From positions 1 to 64,000 of the forward strand of contig NIVC01001909.1 in NCBI GenBank assembly GCA_002269645.1: DNA of 64,000 nucleotides, in the 5' to 3' direction. Below the pieces are notes generated by a model that saw only the letters and a program-made list of their open reading frames with translations, was not told the origin of the DNA and made no database searches. This DNA is from Macrostomum lignano. Its lineage: Eukaryota. Of the stretch, positions 23,617 to 37,000 are shown in pieces (the first letter of the stretch is position 1; every line of letters starts with the position of its first letter). A program made the translations under genes and the position numbers.

Positions 23617-24512
23617 TCTGGAGAGGAGGGGAGGGGAGAGAGGAAATAGGGGAAAGAGGAGAGAAGGAGGAGGTGAGTGGAGATGAGGGGAGAGAGGAGA
23701 GTGGGGAGAGGAGGGGAGAGAGGAGAGTGGGGAGAGGAGGGGAGAGTGGGGAGAGGAGGGAGAGAGGAGAGTGGGGAGAGGAGGGGAGAGAGGAGAGTGG
23801 GGAGAGGAGGGGAGAGTGGGGAGAGGAGGGAGAGAGGAGAGTGGGGAAAGGAGGGGAGAGAGGAGAGTGGGGAGAGGAGGGGTGAGAGGAGAGTGGGGAG
23901 AGTGGGGAAAGGAGGGAAGAGAGGAGAGTGGGGAAAGGAGGGGAGAGAGGAGAGTGGGGAAAGGAGGGGAGAGAGGAGAGTGGGGAAAGGAGGGGAGAGG
24001 GGAGAGTGGGGAGAGGAGGGGAGAGAGGAGAGTGGGGAGAGTGGGGAAAGGAGGGGAGAGGAGAGTGGGGAGAGGAAGGGAGAGGAGAGTGGGGAAAGGA
24101 GGGGAGAGAGGAGAGTGGGGAAATGAGGGGAGAGAGGAGAGTGGGGAGAGGAGGGGTGAGAGAAGAGTGGGGAGAGAAGGGGAGAGAGGAGAGTGGGGAG
24201 ATGAGGGGAGAGAGGAGAGTGGGGAGAGAGAACAGTGGGGAGAAGAGGGAAGAGAGGAGAGTGGGGAGAGAGAACAGTGGGGAGAAGAGGGGAGAGAGGA
24301 GAGTGGGGAGAGAGAACAGTGGGGAGAGAGGAGAGTGGGGAGAGGAGGGGAGAGAGGAGAGTGGGGAGAGGAGGGGAGAGAGAAGAGTGAGGAGAAGAGG
24401 GGAGAGAGGAGAGTGGGGAGAGGAGTGGAGAGAGAAGAGTGGGGAGAAAAGGGGAGGAGAGTGGGGAGAGGAGGGGAGAGAGGAGAGAGGGAAGAGGAGG
24501 GGAGAGAGCTGA
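23617..24512. repeat. Polypurine GA-rich repeat (GGGGAGAGAGGAGAGT)
   Basis: About 900 bp of nearly pure A/G on the plus strand with G4-G5 runs. Confidence 0.95.
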
Positions 24513-25519
24513 GATAAGAAACACAAACCTTAAGCCGGCCGGATTGCTATTGTGAAGTTTCAAAGAACCCGAGGGTCGGATAGACAGAGGCTTCGCCGGC
24601 CGGAGTTGGCTGACCCTGCAGGTTTAGAAATTAGACTTCTAGGAGAGATGGCGTATTGTCCATGCACGATAAGTGCTGCATGTCAAGAATATTTCATTGA
24701 TTTAGCTCTCACACAACCTCCGTGCGCGGGTTGTCGTGCGATTCACGGCTGACGATTGGACAGTCAAATGGGCCGCTGTATTGGCGCGCTTGTGTGCTCA
24801 GGAGTCAGCGGATGGGCGCAGTTGTGGAACGATGTGAATGGAAAGCTTCTCTTATCAGAGTCACAGTTTGGGAAACGAGTTTGGGCAATCCAGATTCTCT
24901 GTTCACGGCCTCCTTGACTTCGCTTTACCCGCAACTGGAGGCAGCAAAAGAGGTGAAGGTGAAAACCCCCGGATCTCGTTTTTCCTCTCCTTCTCTTTCT
25001 CCGCTGCCTCCTACCTCTCTCCCCTTCTCTCCTCTGTTCTCTCGGAAGTGAATGAAAGGTGCCGGAGGCCCCTCCGTTTCTCGGCAAATCAAAAAATTGA
25101 AAGGCGTCTAAACTTGTCAAAAAGCCATCAAACTGGGCGTGTATCCATCCCCCCTTCCCTCCTCCATTTTCCCCCATTCTCGTGATAATTTCTCTGACGC
25201 GGCGGCTCAACTCAGCACTGGCGGTGGATCGCTTCTTTCCCTGTGATTGATGAATCCTCCCAGCCTCTGCTGCTCGCAGTGGCAGCCTAGTAGATTGATC
25301 GGATTGTATAAGGGAGGATTTATATGGAGCTACCTTATTCCTCCGAAGCCGCAGGTGCAACGGCGCACTTCAAGTTGTTTACTGAATTGCAGCCTGAGTG
25401 TCACACTGTGTTTGACTGGCTCTGGCCTCCGGGGTTTAGGCTGCTGCTGTCACACCACTGCCCCTGGTGTGAGCAGTCCAGCCTCATCACCGCTCTCCAT
25501 CTTCGCTGTCTTCTCAGTC

Positions 25520-25760
25520 TTCACACTCTCACCACACTCTCATCTCACTCTCCTCTCTCACTGTCACTCTCTTCTCACTGGCGTCTCACTCTCTTCTCCC
25601 ACTCTCACTCTCTTCTCTCATTCTCACTCTCTCTTCTCACTGGCGTCTCACTCTCTTCTCTCACTCTCACTCTTCTCTCACTTCAATCTCTTCTCACTCT
25701 CATCTCTCACTCTTCTTTATCTCATCTCACTCCCTTCCCTCACTCGCTCTCACTCACTCT
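25520..25760. repeat. CT-rich low-complexity repeat (CTCTCACT-like)
   Basis: Visible degenerate repeat. Confidence 0.8.
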
Positions 25761-26399
25761 TATCAAAAATTGCACCGTCTCCAATATTTCAGCATTCCAT
25801 TTGTGAAAGCTATAGCTACTGTAGGTCGTTCAAACGAAAAACAATACACAATATGATCTCTACACGTAAGCCAAGCCCTAGTTTTTCTAGTGAGTAATCA
25901 TGAGGGAATTCTCTAGAGATTGTAGACTTATTGTGTCAGCAAGATGTGCCCTCAGGGTGGGGAGGGAGAGAACAGCCGGATACAGAAGGCTCCAAGAAAG
26001 AAATCCAAGGAAATCCCACTTTACGATCAGTGCGCAAGCGTCACCTTTATACTCATTCACTACACAGCTATTCGAATGTCAGAGCTATGCTCATATTTTT
26101 AATTGTCTCAGTCTGGTAATGAGGCGCCCAACCTCGCATGGTGGTCAGCGGAGCCCCTCTGCCACCCCTTCAAACCCAATTAGTGGACAAAAAACCGCCT
26201 CTTCTTTCGCTTCCCCTCGATTCGCTTTGGCGGAAGTGGCTGGGTATTGAGCTGCTCGTGTCGTCTCAACAGCCCTGCAACTCAACCACTCAACCCTCTG
26301 CTGCAAAATTTGGAATTCGCTGCATGCATTTTTCCCGAGTTGTTGCTGGGTTTCTTTCTGTTAGTTCTCCTCTGCGTCTGACTGACCCCTGTCTGTGTC

Positions 26400-28155
26400 A
26401 GAAGTCAGATGGTCAATGTCTGATGGTTGTGACTGATGGCTGGGGCGAATGTCTGTCAGATGGCTGGGGCTAATGTCTGTGTCAGATGGCTGGGGCGAAT
26501 GTGTGGGTCAGATGGTGAGGCCAATGTCTGTGACTGATGGCTGGGGCCAATGTCAGTGTCAGATGGCTGGGACGAATGTGTGGGTCAGATGGTGAGGCCA
26601 ATGTCTGTGACTGATGGCTGGGGCCAATGTCAGTGTCAGATGGCTGGGACGAATGTCTGTGTCAGATGGCTGGGGCTAATGTCTGTGTCAGATGGCTGGG
26701 GCGAATGTCTGTGTCAGATGGCTGGGGCGAATGTGTGGGTCAGATGGCTGGGGTGAATGTGTGGGTCAGATGGCTGGAGCGAATGTGTGGGTCAGATGGT
26801 GAGGCCAATGTCTGTGTCAGATGGCTGGGGCTAATGTCTGTGCCAGATGGCTGAGGCTAATGTCTGTGTCAGATGGCTGGGGCGAATGTGTGGGTCAGAT
26901 GGTGAGGCCAATGTCTGTGACTGATGGCTGGGGCCAATGTCAGTGTCAGATGGCTGGGACGAATGTCTGTGTCAGATGGCTGGGGCTAATGTCTGTGTCA
27001 GATGGCTGGGGCGAATGTCTGTGTCAGATGGCTGGGGCGAATGTCTGTGTCAGATGGCTGGGGCGAATGTGTGGGTCAGATGGCTGGGGCGAATGTCTGT
27101 GTCAGATGGCTGGGGCGAATGTGTGGGTCAGATGGTGAGGCCAATGTCTGTGACTGATGGCTGGGGCTAATGTCTGTGTCAGATGGCTGGGGCGAATGTC
27201 TGTGTCAGATGGCTGGGGCTAATGTCTGTGTCAGATGTCTGGGGCGAATGTCTGTGTCAGATGGCTGAGGCGAATGTCTGTGTCAGATGGCTGGGGCGAA
27301 TGTCTGTGTCAGATGGCTGGGGCGAATGTGTGGGTCAGATGGTGAGGCCAATGTCTGTGACTGATTGCTGGGGCTAATGTCTGTGTCAGATGGCTGGGGC
27401 TAATGTCTGTGTCAGATGGCTGGGGCTAATGTCTGTGTCAGATGGCTGGGGCCAATGTCTGTGTCAGATGGCTGGGGCCAATGTCTGTGTCAGATGGCTG
27501 GGGCGAATGTCTGTATCAGATGGCTGGGGCGAATGTGTGGGTCAGATGGCTGGGGCGAATGTGTGGGTCAGATGGCTGGGGCGAATGTGTGGGTCAGATG
27601 GCTGGGGCGAATGTCTGTGTCAGATGGCTGGGGCGAATGTGTGGGTCAGATGGCTGGGGCGAATGTGTGGGTCAGATGGCTGGGGCGAATGTGTGGGTCA
27701 GATGGCTGGGGCGAATGTCTGTGTCAGATGGCTGGGGCGAATGTCTGTGTCAGATGGCTGGGGCGAATGTCTGTGTCAGATGGCTGGGGCGAATGTCTGT
27801 GTCAGATGGCTGGGGCGAATGTGTGGGTCAGATGGCTGGGGCGAATGTGTGGGTCAGATGGCTGGGGCGAATGTGTGGGTCAGATGGCTGGGGCGAATGT
27901 GTGGGTCAGATGGCTGGGGCGAATGTCTGTGTCAGATGGCTGGGGCGAATGTGTGGGTCAGATGGCTGGGGCGAATGTGTGGGTCAGATGGCTGGGGCGA
28001 ATGTGTGGGTCAGATGGCTGGGGCGAATGTCTGTGTCAGATGGCTGGGGCGAATGTGTGGGTCAGATGGCTGGGGCGAATGTGTGGGTCAGATGATGAGG
28101 CCAATGTGTGGGTCAGATGGTGAGGCCAATATCTGTGTCAGATTGTGTGGCTGAT
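26400..28155. repeat. 26-bp minisatellite (GTCAGATGGCTGGGGCGAATGTCTGT)
   Basis: About 65 tandem copies; the reverse complement is related to the arrays at 46865 and 59130. Confidence 0.96.
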
Positions 28156-28551
28156 GTCTGTTGGGCATACGAGACAACTATGGTCAACATGGACTCAACA
28201 CTGCCGTACGGCAGTTTACATCAGCCATAAATCATTCCTCTACAATTAGAAACGAACTCTTATTTGGCATCGCAATTGTTCGCATACCTCTGCCTGAACT
28301 CGGGCTGAGCACACTTTCTCTGCTTTGAGTTTCCAGCCAGGCCACTGCAGCAATTGGCCCCTATTGTTTCTAAACTGCATCAGTTGTCGTTATTCATTAC
28401 CTGGAATTTCATTTATGAAGCGAACTCCATGCATCTGTCTGACCAATTCGATGCTCAGCCCGAGTAAGACGCTTAGGCGCCAAAAAGAGACACAGAGACC
28501 GAGGACCGCAATACGGGATAATTAAATATAATGGGCGGGCACCACTTGTCT

Positions 28552-28591
<40 letters not shown>

Positions 28592-29084
28592 TGCAGCTTA
28601 AAATCGCTGAAACGGTTAGCCAGACTGTTATCTCTTGAGCAGATCTCTGTCTCTCCCTCGTTCTCTCGACTCTGCTCTGCTTTACTCATAGACCGGCGCT
28701 GCATCAGTCTGTAGCATATAGGCCATTCTAGCTAGCCTTTCTCTTTTCTAGGAATCTCTCGAGAGCTTAGCTGCGAGTAGAGACTGTGTTTCACTGCTTT
28801 AACTTCTTGTCTGCATTTAGAGCTGCTCGAGTTTTTCAGTCTCTCCCAGTGGCCAGTATGGCGCTTTTTATTGTGAGCAGTTATAGGCTTTTTACCTGTT
28901 GGCGGGCTGCCCGTCTCTTCTAACCTTACCGTACGGGTACGGTGACACAGGTGCTAAATACAGAACATTGGAATTATACTTATAACTCAGACAGACACAT
29001 CGCCTTTTTCTCAAATGGGCAGCTCATGACTTGTGGCAGCTGCGGTATACAGTGATGTAGCGAGTGACTTCATTGGGGGCTATA

Positions 29085-29570
29085 AGCACCATTTCATAAT
29101 TATATAAACGCCATTTCATCACTCTTTAAGCGCCATTTCATCATTCTATAGTCGGCAGTTCATTATTCTATAAGCGCCATTTCATCATTCTATAAGCGCC
29201 ATTTCATCATTCTATAAGCGCCATTTCATCATTCTATAAGCGCCATTTCATCATTCTATAGTCGGCAGTTCATTATTCTATAAGCGCCATTTCATCATTC
29301 TATAAGCGCCATTTCATCATTCTATAAGCGCCATTTCATCATTCTAGAGTCGGCAGTTCATTATTCTATAAGCGCCATTTCATCATTCTATAAGCGCCAT
29401 TTCATCATTCTATAAGCGCCATTTCATCAGTCTATAAGCGCCATTTTATCAGTCTATAAGCGCCATTTTATCAGTCTATAAGCGCCATTTTATCAGTCTA
29501 TAAGCGCCATTTTATCAGTCTAAGATGCTATCAGCCTATTTTATCAGTCTTTAAGCGCCATTTCATTACT
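29085..29570. repeat. 22-bp minisatellite (TATAAGCGCCATTTCATCATTC)
   Basis: About 20 copies, period 22. Confidence 0.92.
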
Positions 29571-30284
29571 CTATAACAGATCACTGTTAAACCATGAGGC
29601 ATGAGAGTTGGTTGCAGGCAAGAAAATATTGCTTAATTTCATGTTCAAAGCGAAGCACGCGGAAGTGGTGAAAAAATGAATTTGAGAAGCCGCGCCCATT
29701 ACAAAGGCCGCGTCGGTCTGCATGGGAGGAGCGACTGACAATCAATGTGGTTGCAGGTGCAGAGCAGCAGGCGGAAGCGATGGTAAGAATGGCAATTCTT
29801 ATACACATTCTCTGATCTCTGAGCGATGAAGCTAAAATCTCCTTTTAGAATGCTCTTCTGGTGGGCGGTACAACCGAAAATTCCCCTTAAATACCCCACA
29901 GTCTCTACACAAAAAGGAGCAAGGGACAGACTGCATCGGCTTCCGAAAAAACAGGGCTTGGTGCACAATGCCAGTTAACAACAACGGGCTTATGAAAAAG
30001 TGTTTTGAGTTGTCTGCGGCACCGCGCTGGAGCTCTTTCTGAGATCTCGTTTGGTGGGAGGGGGTGTCCGGCGTCTTCATCCTGAGTTCCTGGGGACTTG
30101 ACTGAACTGTTAGGAGTAGAAATAAGTGGGGAAAAATGAATTGCCACTTTTTCTGCTCTCAATTGCTGGATAGATTGAAGCTGCTTTATGTGTATAACTT
30201 GATTAGCTAGTAGTGATCTCCATCGTGCTAGTCTGGTGGGAGAGAAAAAGAGGAAAAGAAAGGTAGAGTGGGAGATAGGAGACG

Positions 30285-31385
30285 GGTGAGAGGGAGATGG
30301 GAGACGGCGGTGAGAGGGAGATGGGAGACGGCGGTGAGAGGGAGATGGGAGACGGCGGTGAGAGGGAGATGGGAGACGGCGGTGAGAGGGAGATGGGAGA
30401 CGGCTGTGTGAGGGAGATGGGAGACGGCGGTGAGAGGGAGATGGGAGACGGCTGTGTGAGGGAGATGGGAGACGGCTGTGTGAGGGAGATGGGAGACGGC
30501 GGTGAGAGGGAGATGGGAGACGGCTGTGTGAGGGAGATGGGAGACGGCGGTGAGAGGGAGATGGGAGACGGCTGTGTGAGGGAGATGGGAGACGGCGGTG
30601 AGAGGGAGATGGGAGACGGCGGTGAGAGGGAGATGGGAGACGCCGGTGAGAGGGAGATGGGAGACGGCGGTGAGAGGGAGATGGGAGACGGCGGTGAGAG
30701 GGAGATGGGAGACGGCTGTGTGAGGGAGATGGGAGACGGCGGTGAGAGGGAGATGGGAGACGGCTGTGTGAGGGAGATGGGAGACGGCTGTGTGAGGGAG
30801 ATGGGAGACGGCGGTGAGAGGGAGATGGGAGACGGCTGTGTGAGGGAGATGGGAGACGGCTGTGTGAGGGAGATGGGAGACGGCTGTGTGAGGGAGATGG
30901 GAGACGGCGGTGAGAGGGAGATGGGAGACGGCTGTGTGAGGGAGATGGGAGACGGCTGTGTGAGGGAGATGGGAGACGGCTGTGTGAGGGAGATGGGAGA
31001 CGGCGGTGAGAGGGAGATGGGAGACGGCGGTGAGAGGGAGATGGGAGACGCCGGTGAGAGGGAGATGGGAGACGGCGGTGAGAGGGAGATGGGAGACGGC
31101 GGTGAGAGGGAGATGGGAGACGGCTGTGTGAGGGAGATGGGAGACGGCGGTGAGAGGGAGATGGGAGACGGCGGTGAGAGGGAGATGGGAGACGGCGGTG
31201 AGAGGGAGATGGGAGACGGCGGTGAGAGGGAGATGGGAGACGGCGGTGAGAGGGAGATGGGAGACGGCGGTGAGAGGGAGATGGGAGACGGCGGTGAGAG
31301 GGAGATGGGAGACGGCGGTGAGAGGGAGATGGGAGACGGCGGTGAGAGGGAGATGGGAGACGGCGGTGAGAGGGAGATGGGAGTG
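30285..31385. repeat. 24-bp minisatellite (GAGAGGGAGATGGGAGACGGCGGT)
   Basis: About 45 copies; it produces the artefactual MGDGGERE ORF. Confidence 0.96.
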
Positions 31386-31667
31386 ATGGGAATGAGACGG
31401 GAAGAAAGGTTATAGAGAGGTGCCTGGACTCTCAGAGAGCAATATGTTTTGCATTGATCAGTTTAACAGGGTCAGGCTGGCTGGTCTGACACAATCTCCC
31501 AATCTATGGAAGCACCGAAGCGTGGAGATTTTTTAAACGCAGAACTTGAGTAAAGAAATGCACCTGCTGTAGATTAACAGAAACCAACCTTGAGTTTGTA
31601 TAGTGTCCAGTGCTTTTGCCTCTAGCTTTAAATTTCCTTCACAGATTCATTTACGACTCGTATGCTA

Positions 31668-32150
31668 TCGCCCCTGAGTCTCTCACCCGTCATCAAATCA
31701 CCCCTGAGTCTCTCACCCGTCATCAAGTCGCCCCTGAGTCTCTCACCCGTCATCAAGTCGCCCCTGAGTCTCTCACCCGTCATCAAGTCACCCCTGAGTC
31801 TCTCACCTGTCATCAAATCACCCCTGAGTCTATCACCTGTCATCAAATCACCCCTGAGTCTCTCACCTGTCATCAAATCACCCCTGAGTCTCTCACCTGT
31901 CATCAAATCACCCCTGAGTCTCTCACCTGTCATCAAATCACCCCTGAGTCTCTCACCTGTCATCAAATCACCCCTGAGTCTCCCACCTGTCATCAAATCA
32001 CCCCTGAGTCTCTCACCTGTCATCAAATCGCCCCTGAGTCTCTCACCTGTCAATAAATCGCCCCTGAGTCTCTCACCTGTCTTCAAATCGCCCCCCTGAG
32101 TCTCTCATCTGTCATCAAATCGCCCCTGAGTCTCTCACCTGTCAATAAAT
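31668..32150. repeat. 30-bp minisatellite (CCCCTGAGTCTCTCACCTGTCATCAAATCA)
   Basis: About 16 copies. Confidence 0.94.
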
Positions 32151-33499
32151 CGTCCCGGAGTTTTACCTACCCTATGAAAATCAATCAGTCTTTAAGAAAC
32201 CATGCATTAAGGGATTTAATAAAAAGACTAACAATTTTGCAATAAGTGAAATTTATTAGCAACACTCCATTAAACTGGCAGGTTAATTTTCAGCATATTT
32301 ACAATCTAGGCAAGCTTATATATAGATCGCTTTATGGCAGAAAAAAATCTCAAAGCCTTTTTCGTCTTTTCTTTGGACGTATTTCTCTTATATGGTAGAA
32401 TTTAGATATTACTGGTGCAACAAGTACAACCTTATTTAGTACTCGCTCTTCAGAGCATTGCAGATTATTCAATATCAAACGCATACCATTTGTAAGTTAC
32501 AGTAAAGTACAGCAAGGTAAAGTTTTCTTGCCTTGTTAAAAGAAGGGCTTGCAAAAAAGCAATTGAATTTCAATTATTAAAGACAGAGAAAAGCTGAATT
32601 GACTAATTAAAAACCAAAGCAAAGGCAGGTGAAAACAATGAGGGCTTTAAAGGAATGACGCTATGAGGAAATCGGGGACTCGATCGACATCAACTCGAGT
32701 CCCATTCGTCGGTTAAAACAAACAAAAAATGTTAATTAAACAGCAGCAGTAAACACCTGCAAGATGCTCTTGTGTTAATGATGCTCAAATTGTCAATTCC
32801 GACTTCCATATTTGGTAGCTGATAGCGGCGTGTTTATCAACAGCCGATTTCTTAATTATAGATACGATCTCAAGCAGGTAATATGGTCAATTAAGCGTCT
32901 AGCAGGTGTTTTAAGTGAATGGCTAATTGTTGTAATTATATTGGATCAAATGAATAGTTAAATTTAGGCCCAATTATAATTAGCCGCTAAGATAAAGTTA
33001 CAAAGTTATTAATAGCCACATCTGCGCACTCCGAAACCGCTCAGAACGGCAAAGATAAAATATTTTCATCGATTACAAAAACACGTAAGGCGGCTGTGTG
33101 TACACTGCTTAAAAAATGACATCAGAGAAAAAAGTAAAATACGATTCGCTTTTTTTAAAAGATGGAAACAAAAATTTCTAACTATTAATAAATTTATGCA
33201 AATCGAATTTCGGAATCATGCATAGGCATTTTGCTTGGCGCCGCTGGCGATATAATATTCAGCGAAGTAGAAGCGTGACGCGCTGTATGTACCTCACAAT
33301 AAAACAAGTTTGCGTGCACTCTCATCAGTCGCCAGGTGCGATAAAAAACATTGAAGTAGTTGAGGAATCAAGGCGGTATCAGGTGCTTTAATTTTCCGAT
33401 TTCAGGTTAGATTTCACGGGTTTGAAAAGGTGAGTTATCGATTTGTTCAATTTTAACCGATTTCCGATTCCATAAAGTGCAGCCTTGGACGTCTTAGAG

Positions 33500-33950
33500 T
33501 GCCATTTTTATTTGAGAAGTGCCATTTCGGGTTTAAGAAGTGCCACTTCGGGTTTTTGTTTTTAAACCATTTCGGGTTTAAGAAGTGCCATTTCGGGCTT
33601 AAAAAGTGCCATTTCGGGTTTATCAAGTTTCATTTCGGGTTTATCAAGTTCCATTTCGGGTTTATCAAGTTCCATTTCGGGTTTATCAAGTTCCATTTCG
33701 GGTTTATCAAGTTCCATTTCGGGTTTATCAAGTTTCATTTCGGGTTTATCAAGTTCCATTTCGGGTTTATCAAGTTCCATTTCGGGTTTATCAAGTTCCA
33801 TTTCGGGTTTATCAAGTTTCATTTCGGGTTTATCAAGTTCCATTTCGGGTTTATCAAGTTCCATTTCGGGTCTATGAAGTTCCATTTCGGGTTTTTGAAG
33901 TGTCATTTCGGGTTTAGGAAGTGCCGTTTCGGGCTTGAGATGTGCCATTT
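33500..33950. repeat. 21-bp minisatellite (CCATTTCGGGTTTATCAAGTT) just 3' of the Blimp-1 stop
   Basis: About 20 copies. Confidence 0.93.
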
Positions 33951-34050
33951 CATAGTTAAATTTTGTTAGTAAAAATTGAAAAAACATCTGAACAATTCTA
34001 GTAAACAACAGGCACAATTTGACCTCCCAGAAAACCAGTCTATCCATCTG

Positions 34051-37000
34051 CTACGACTCCATCGTCGTGGTGTCCTCGGCATCCTGAGGCGGGCTGTCTC
34101 CGCCCCCAACGATGGCTGCCAGCTCCTCGGCAAAGCCGGCGCCGAATCCAACGATGCAGCCGCCAGTGCGCCAGTGCGACCGCAGACCGCCGGCGTTCGA
34201 GTATTTTTTGCGGCACTTCGGACACTCAAACGGCTGCTCGGTGGTGTGCAGCCGCTTGTGCAGCTTGAGGTGCACGAACTGGGTGAACTTTGCTGAGCAC
34301 AGCTTGCAGTTGAACGGCTTTTCGCCGCTGTGCAGCCGCATGTGCGTCTTCAGGTTGCTGGTGCTGCTGAACCGCTTGTGGCAGACGTAGCACGAGTGCG
34401 GCTTCTCGCCCGTGTGCACCAGGTTGTGCTTCTGCAGGTGCGCCAGCTGAGTGAAGCCTTTGTCACACAGTTCGCAACGGAACGGCCGTTCGCCCGTGTG
34501 CGTCCGCAGGTGCACCTTCAGGTTGGACAGCTGGCCGAAACTCTTCAAACAGACGTGGCAGTCGTATTGCATCTTGCCGTCTTTCTTCTGCAGGGACGGA
34601 TAAGGGGCCTGCTGAGGCTGCTGATGCGACTGCTGAGCTGTTGAGTCGTCTGACAATGATGAAGACGATGGCGGATGCGCGCGCTTAGGCTGCTGAGGCG
34701 GCTGCTGCTGCTGTTGCTGGAGGTGGCGGTGCTGGTGATGTTGCGATTGCAGAGGCGGCCGAGTGGCCTGCGGTCGGGCCACAGTCGGCGGAGTCGATGT
34801 CGCTCCAGCTGAAGCTTTGGATGCGGCGGCTGTGGCTGCGGCGGCGGCTGTGGCGGCGGCGGCAGCAGCTAGGAACGACGATGGCAGCTGGTTGAGCAGG
34901 CGAGAAGCTGTCGAGGTGCAGCCGGGGAACAGGTGAGAGCCCGGCAGTGGCGGTGGCAGGTTCAGCGACGATGGAGGAGGTGGCGGCGGCTGGGTGTGAC
35001 GCAGCATCGAAGCTGCCGCGGCCGCTGCTGAGCTGAGAAACGGAGGTGGAGGCGGCGGCGGCGGAGGAGGAATTCGACTGCCCGGATACCAGCCAATTGA
35101 AGCCAGGTGTTGCAGAATCTGCTGCTGATGATGGTGCAGCAGGTTTTGCTGCTGCTGCTGCTGTTGCTGTTTTGGTGTCAGCTGAGTCAGGCGCTCAATG
35201 GAGAACGGCAAGGCGGCTGCAGGTGTTTCCGGTTTTGGACTGGGCGTTGCCAGCGCTAAAAGGTCAAGATGAAACTGATTTAGCGACTAATAATAATAAT
35301 AATAATACTCAAAATAATAATAATTGATTACACCTGCCCCAATTGGGCCAGATGTGCAACCGACAGCTCAGCCGCAGCTATTGCGCGGCGCATCTGAAGG
35401 CTGCGTATGGCTGTTCAGTCCAAGGACTGGGGGGTCGCCACACACACCCTGAATGACCCCAGCTAATGCTGGCACCCATTTTACAGCTGGTTGAACTGAA
35501 GCAATGCAGAGTTAAGTGTCTTGCTCAAGGACACAAATTGTTCCAGTGGGATCGGCAGAATAAAACCCCTGACCTTCAAGTCGTGAGTCGGACGCTCTGA
35601 CCACTAGGCTACTACCCCCTAGCGACTGACTTGGATCAATTTCTATGTCAAAACGCGCTAGCAAGGTAGAGATTCAGGGGTTAAGCGGCCACTTCAGGCT
35701 CTATACGACATTATCTCATGCTCAAAGTATTGTTTTGAAATATTGTAAATGGCAGCAGTACCATTTGACATCAAGTGCGTTGAGCCTCACCTTTGAGCTC
35801 CATGCGCTGCAGCATCTCTGGCGCATACCAGGCTACCAATTCACAGCCTCTGCCGATGGTGTCAGTCGTGTAAAAGTACAGCTGGCCCTGGTGCTCCGCC
35901 ACCGCCAGATTGTGCCGCCCGTCGGGGCTCTGGCGCACGGCTCCCAGCCAGTTGCTGCGCCTAAGGCAGGTCACGTCGCAGTATTGACAGGCTCCGCCAG
36001 GTGCCACAACCTGTGGCATGCAGGACGGCGGCGGGGTGAGGGCACTGGACTGTAGCAGACAGACAGACACACAGACACTAAGACAGACAGACAGACAGAC
36101 AGACACTCACTAAGAAAGACACTAAGACAGATAGACAGACAAACCGACAGACAAACAGACACTAAGACAGACACTAAGACAGACAGTCACTAAGAAAGAC
36201 ACTAAGACAGACAGACAAACAGACAGACAGACACCAAGACAGAAACTCAATAAGAAAGACACTAAGACAGACAGACAGACAAACCGACAGACAGACAGAC
36301 AGACAAACCGACAGACAGACACTAAGACAGACAGACAGACAGATAAACGGCCACCAGAGCATTGAGCTCACCTTCCAGCACTTCTCAGTCGCGGTGCTGC
36401 ACAGCCGGCCCTTCAACGGTCCAAACCTCGTGCCCCTGGGTATGACGTCATTGCTCCAAACTGACTGGCTCTGCAATAGGAATCGGAGTATCCAAATGAA
36501 TTATTATATTTTTCCAATTAAAAATGTCTGAATAAAATTTCAATCGCGATGGAGCATGGAAAAGAAGAGAACACTCGACACGATTTGCAATCTCGGAGAT
36601 TCGAGATACAACAAGGGGATGGGTGAGAACTGACACAGAACTGAGAACAGTACTCAAATGCCAGGCTGAATCCTCTGCTGAAGCAGAGCTGTTTTATTAG
36701 ACTGATGATAATATTGCAGTTTTGATTTCCCGTTTTCAAAAGCTCGTGAAGCCCCCTTTCACCTGGCGCACTTAGATAGCTATATACTGATTGATTGGAT
36801 GAAAGCAAGGCTGTGACACTAACGCCTCAAGTGTCTTACTTTTCCCTTCCCCCCGTACCGCTTCTTCCCTGAGATCTGTATCACTTCAGGCTGTTCTACT
36901 CGCTCGCTCTTTTCCAGTTTCTGTGACAAAGCAATAACTAGCACCTGCTTTTACCTGCTCTTTTCTATTCTTTTCAAAAAGGTAGAGAGTCATCTTTTCT

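Noticed and set aside
24764-25360. 198-aa minus-strand ORF and overlapping ORFs
   Set aside because: No recognisable domain; partly translation of CT/GA-rich sequence.
29580-30170. Short ORFs in unique sequence
   Set aside because: No recognisable motif or splice-consistent exon chain.
32675-32703. 9-bp stem hairpin GGGACTCGA...TCGAGTCCC
   Set aside because: Too short and isolated to support a terminator or ncRNA call in a eukaryotic context.
22227-33969. Long repetitive ORFs (GVSGICQS, LSPL, ERRGE, MAGANV, MGDGGERE, PESLTCHQ, KPEMELD)
   Set aside because: They are open in several frames or both strands because the repeats lack stops; there are no unique flanking domains or splice context.
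34112-34644. Plus-strand ORFs antisense to the zinc fingers (likewise antisense ORFs over TBC and plastin exons)
   Set aside because: Shadow ORFs of GC-rich coding sequence.
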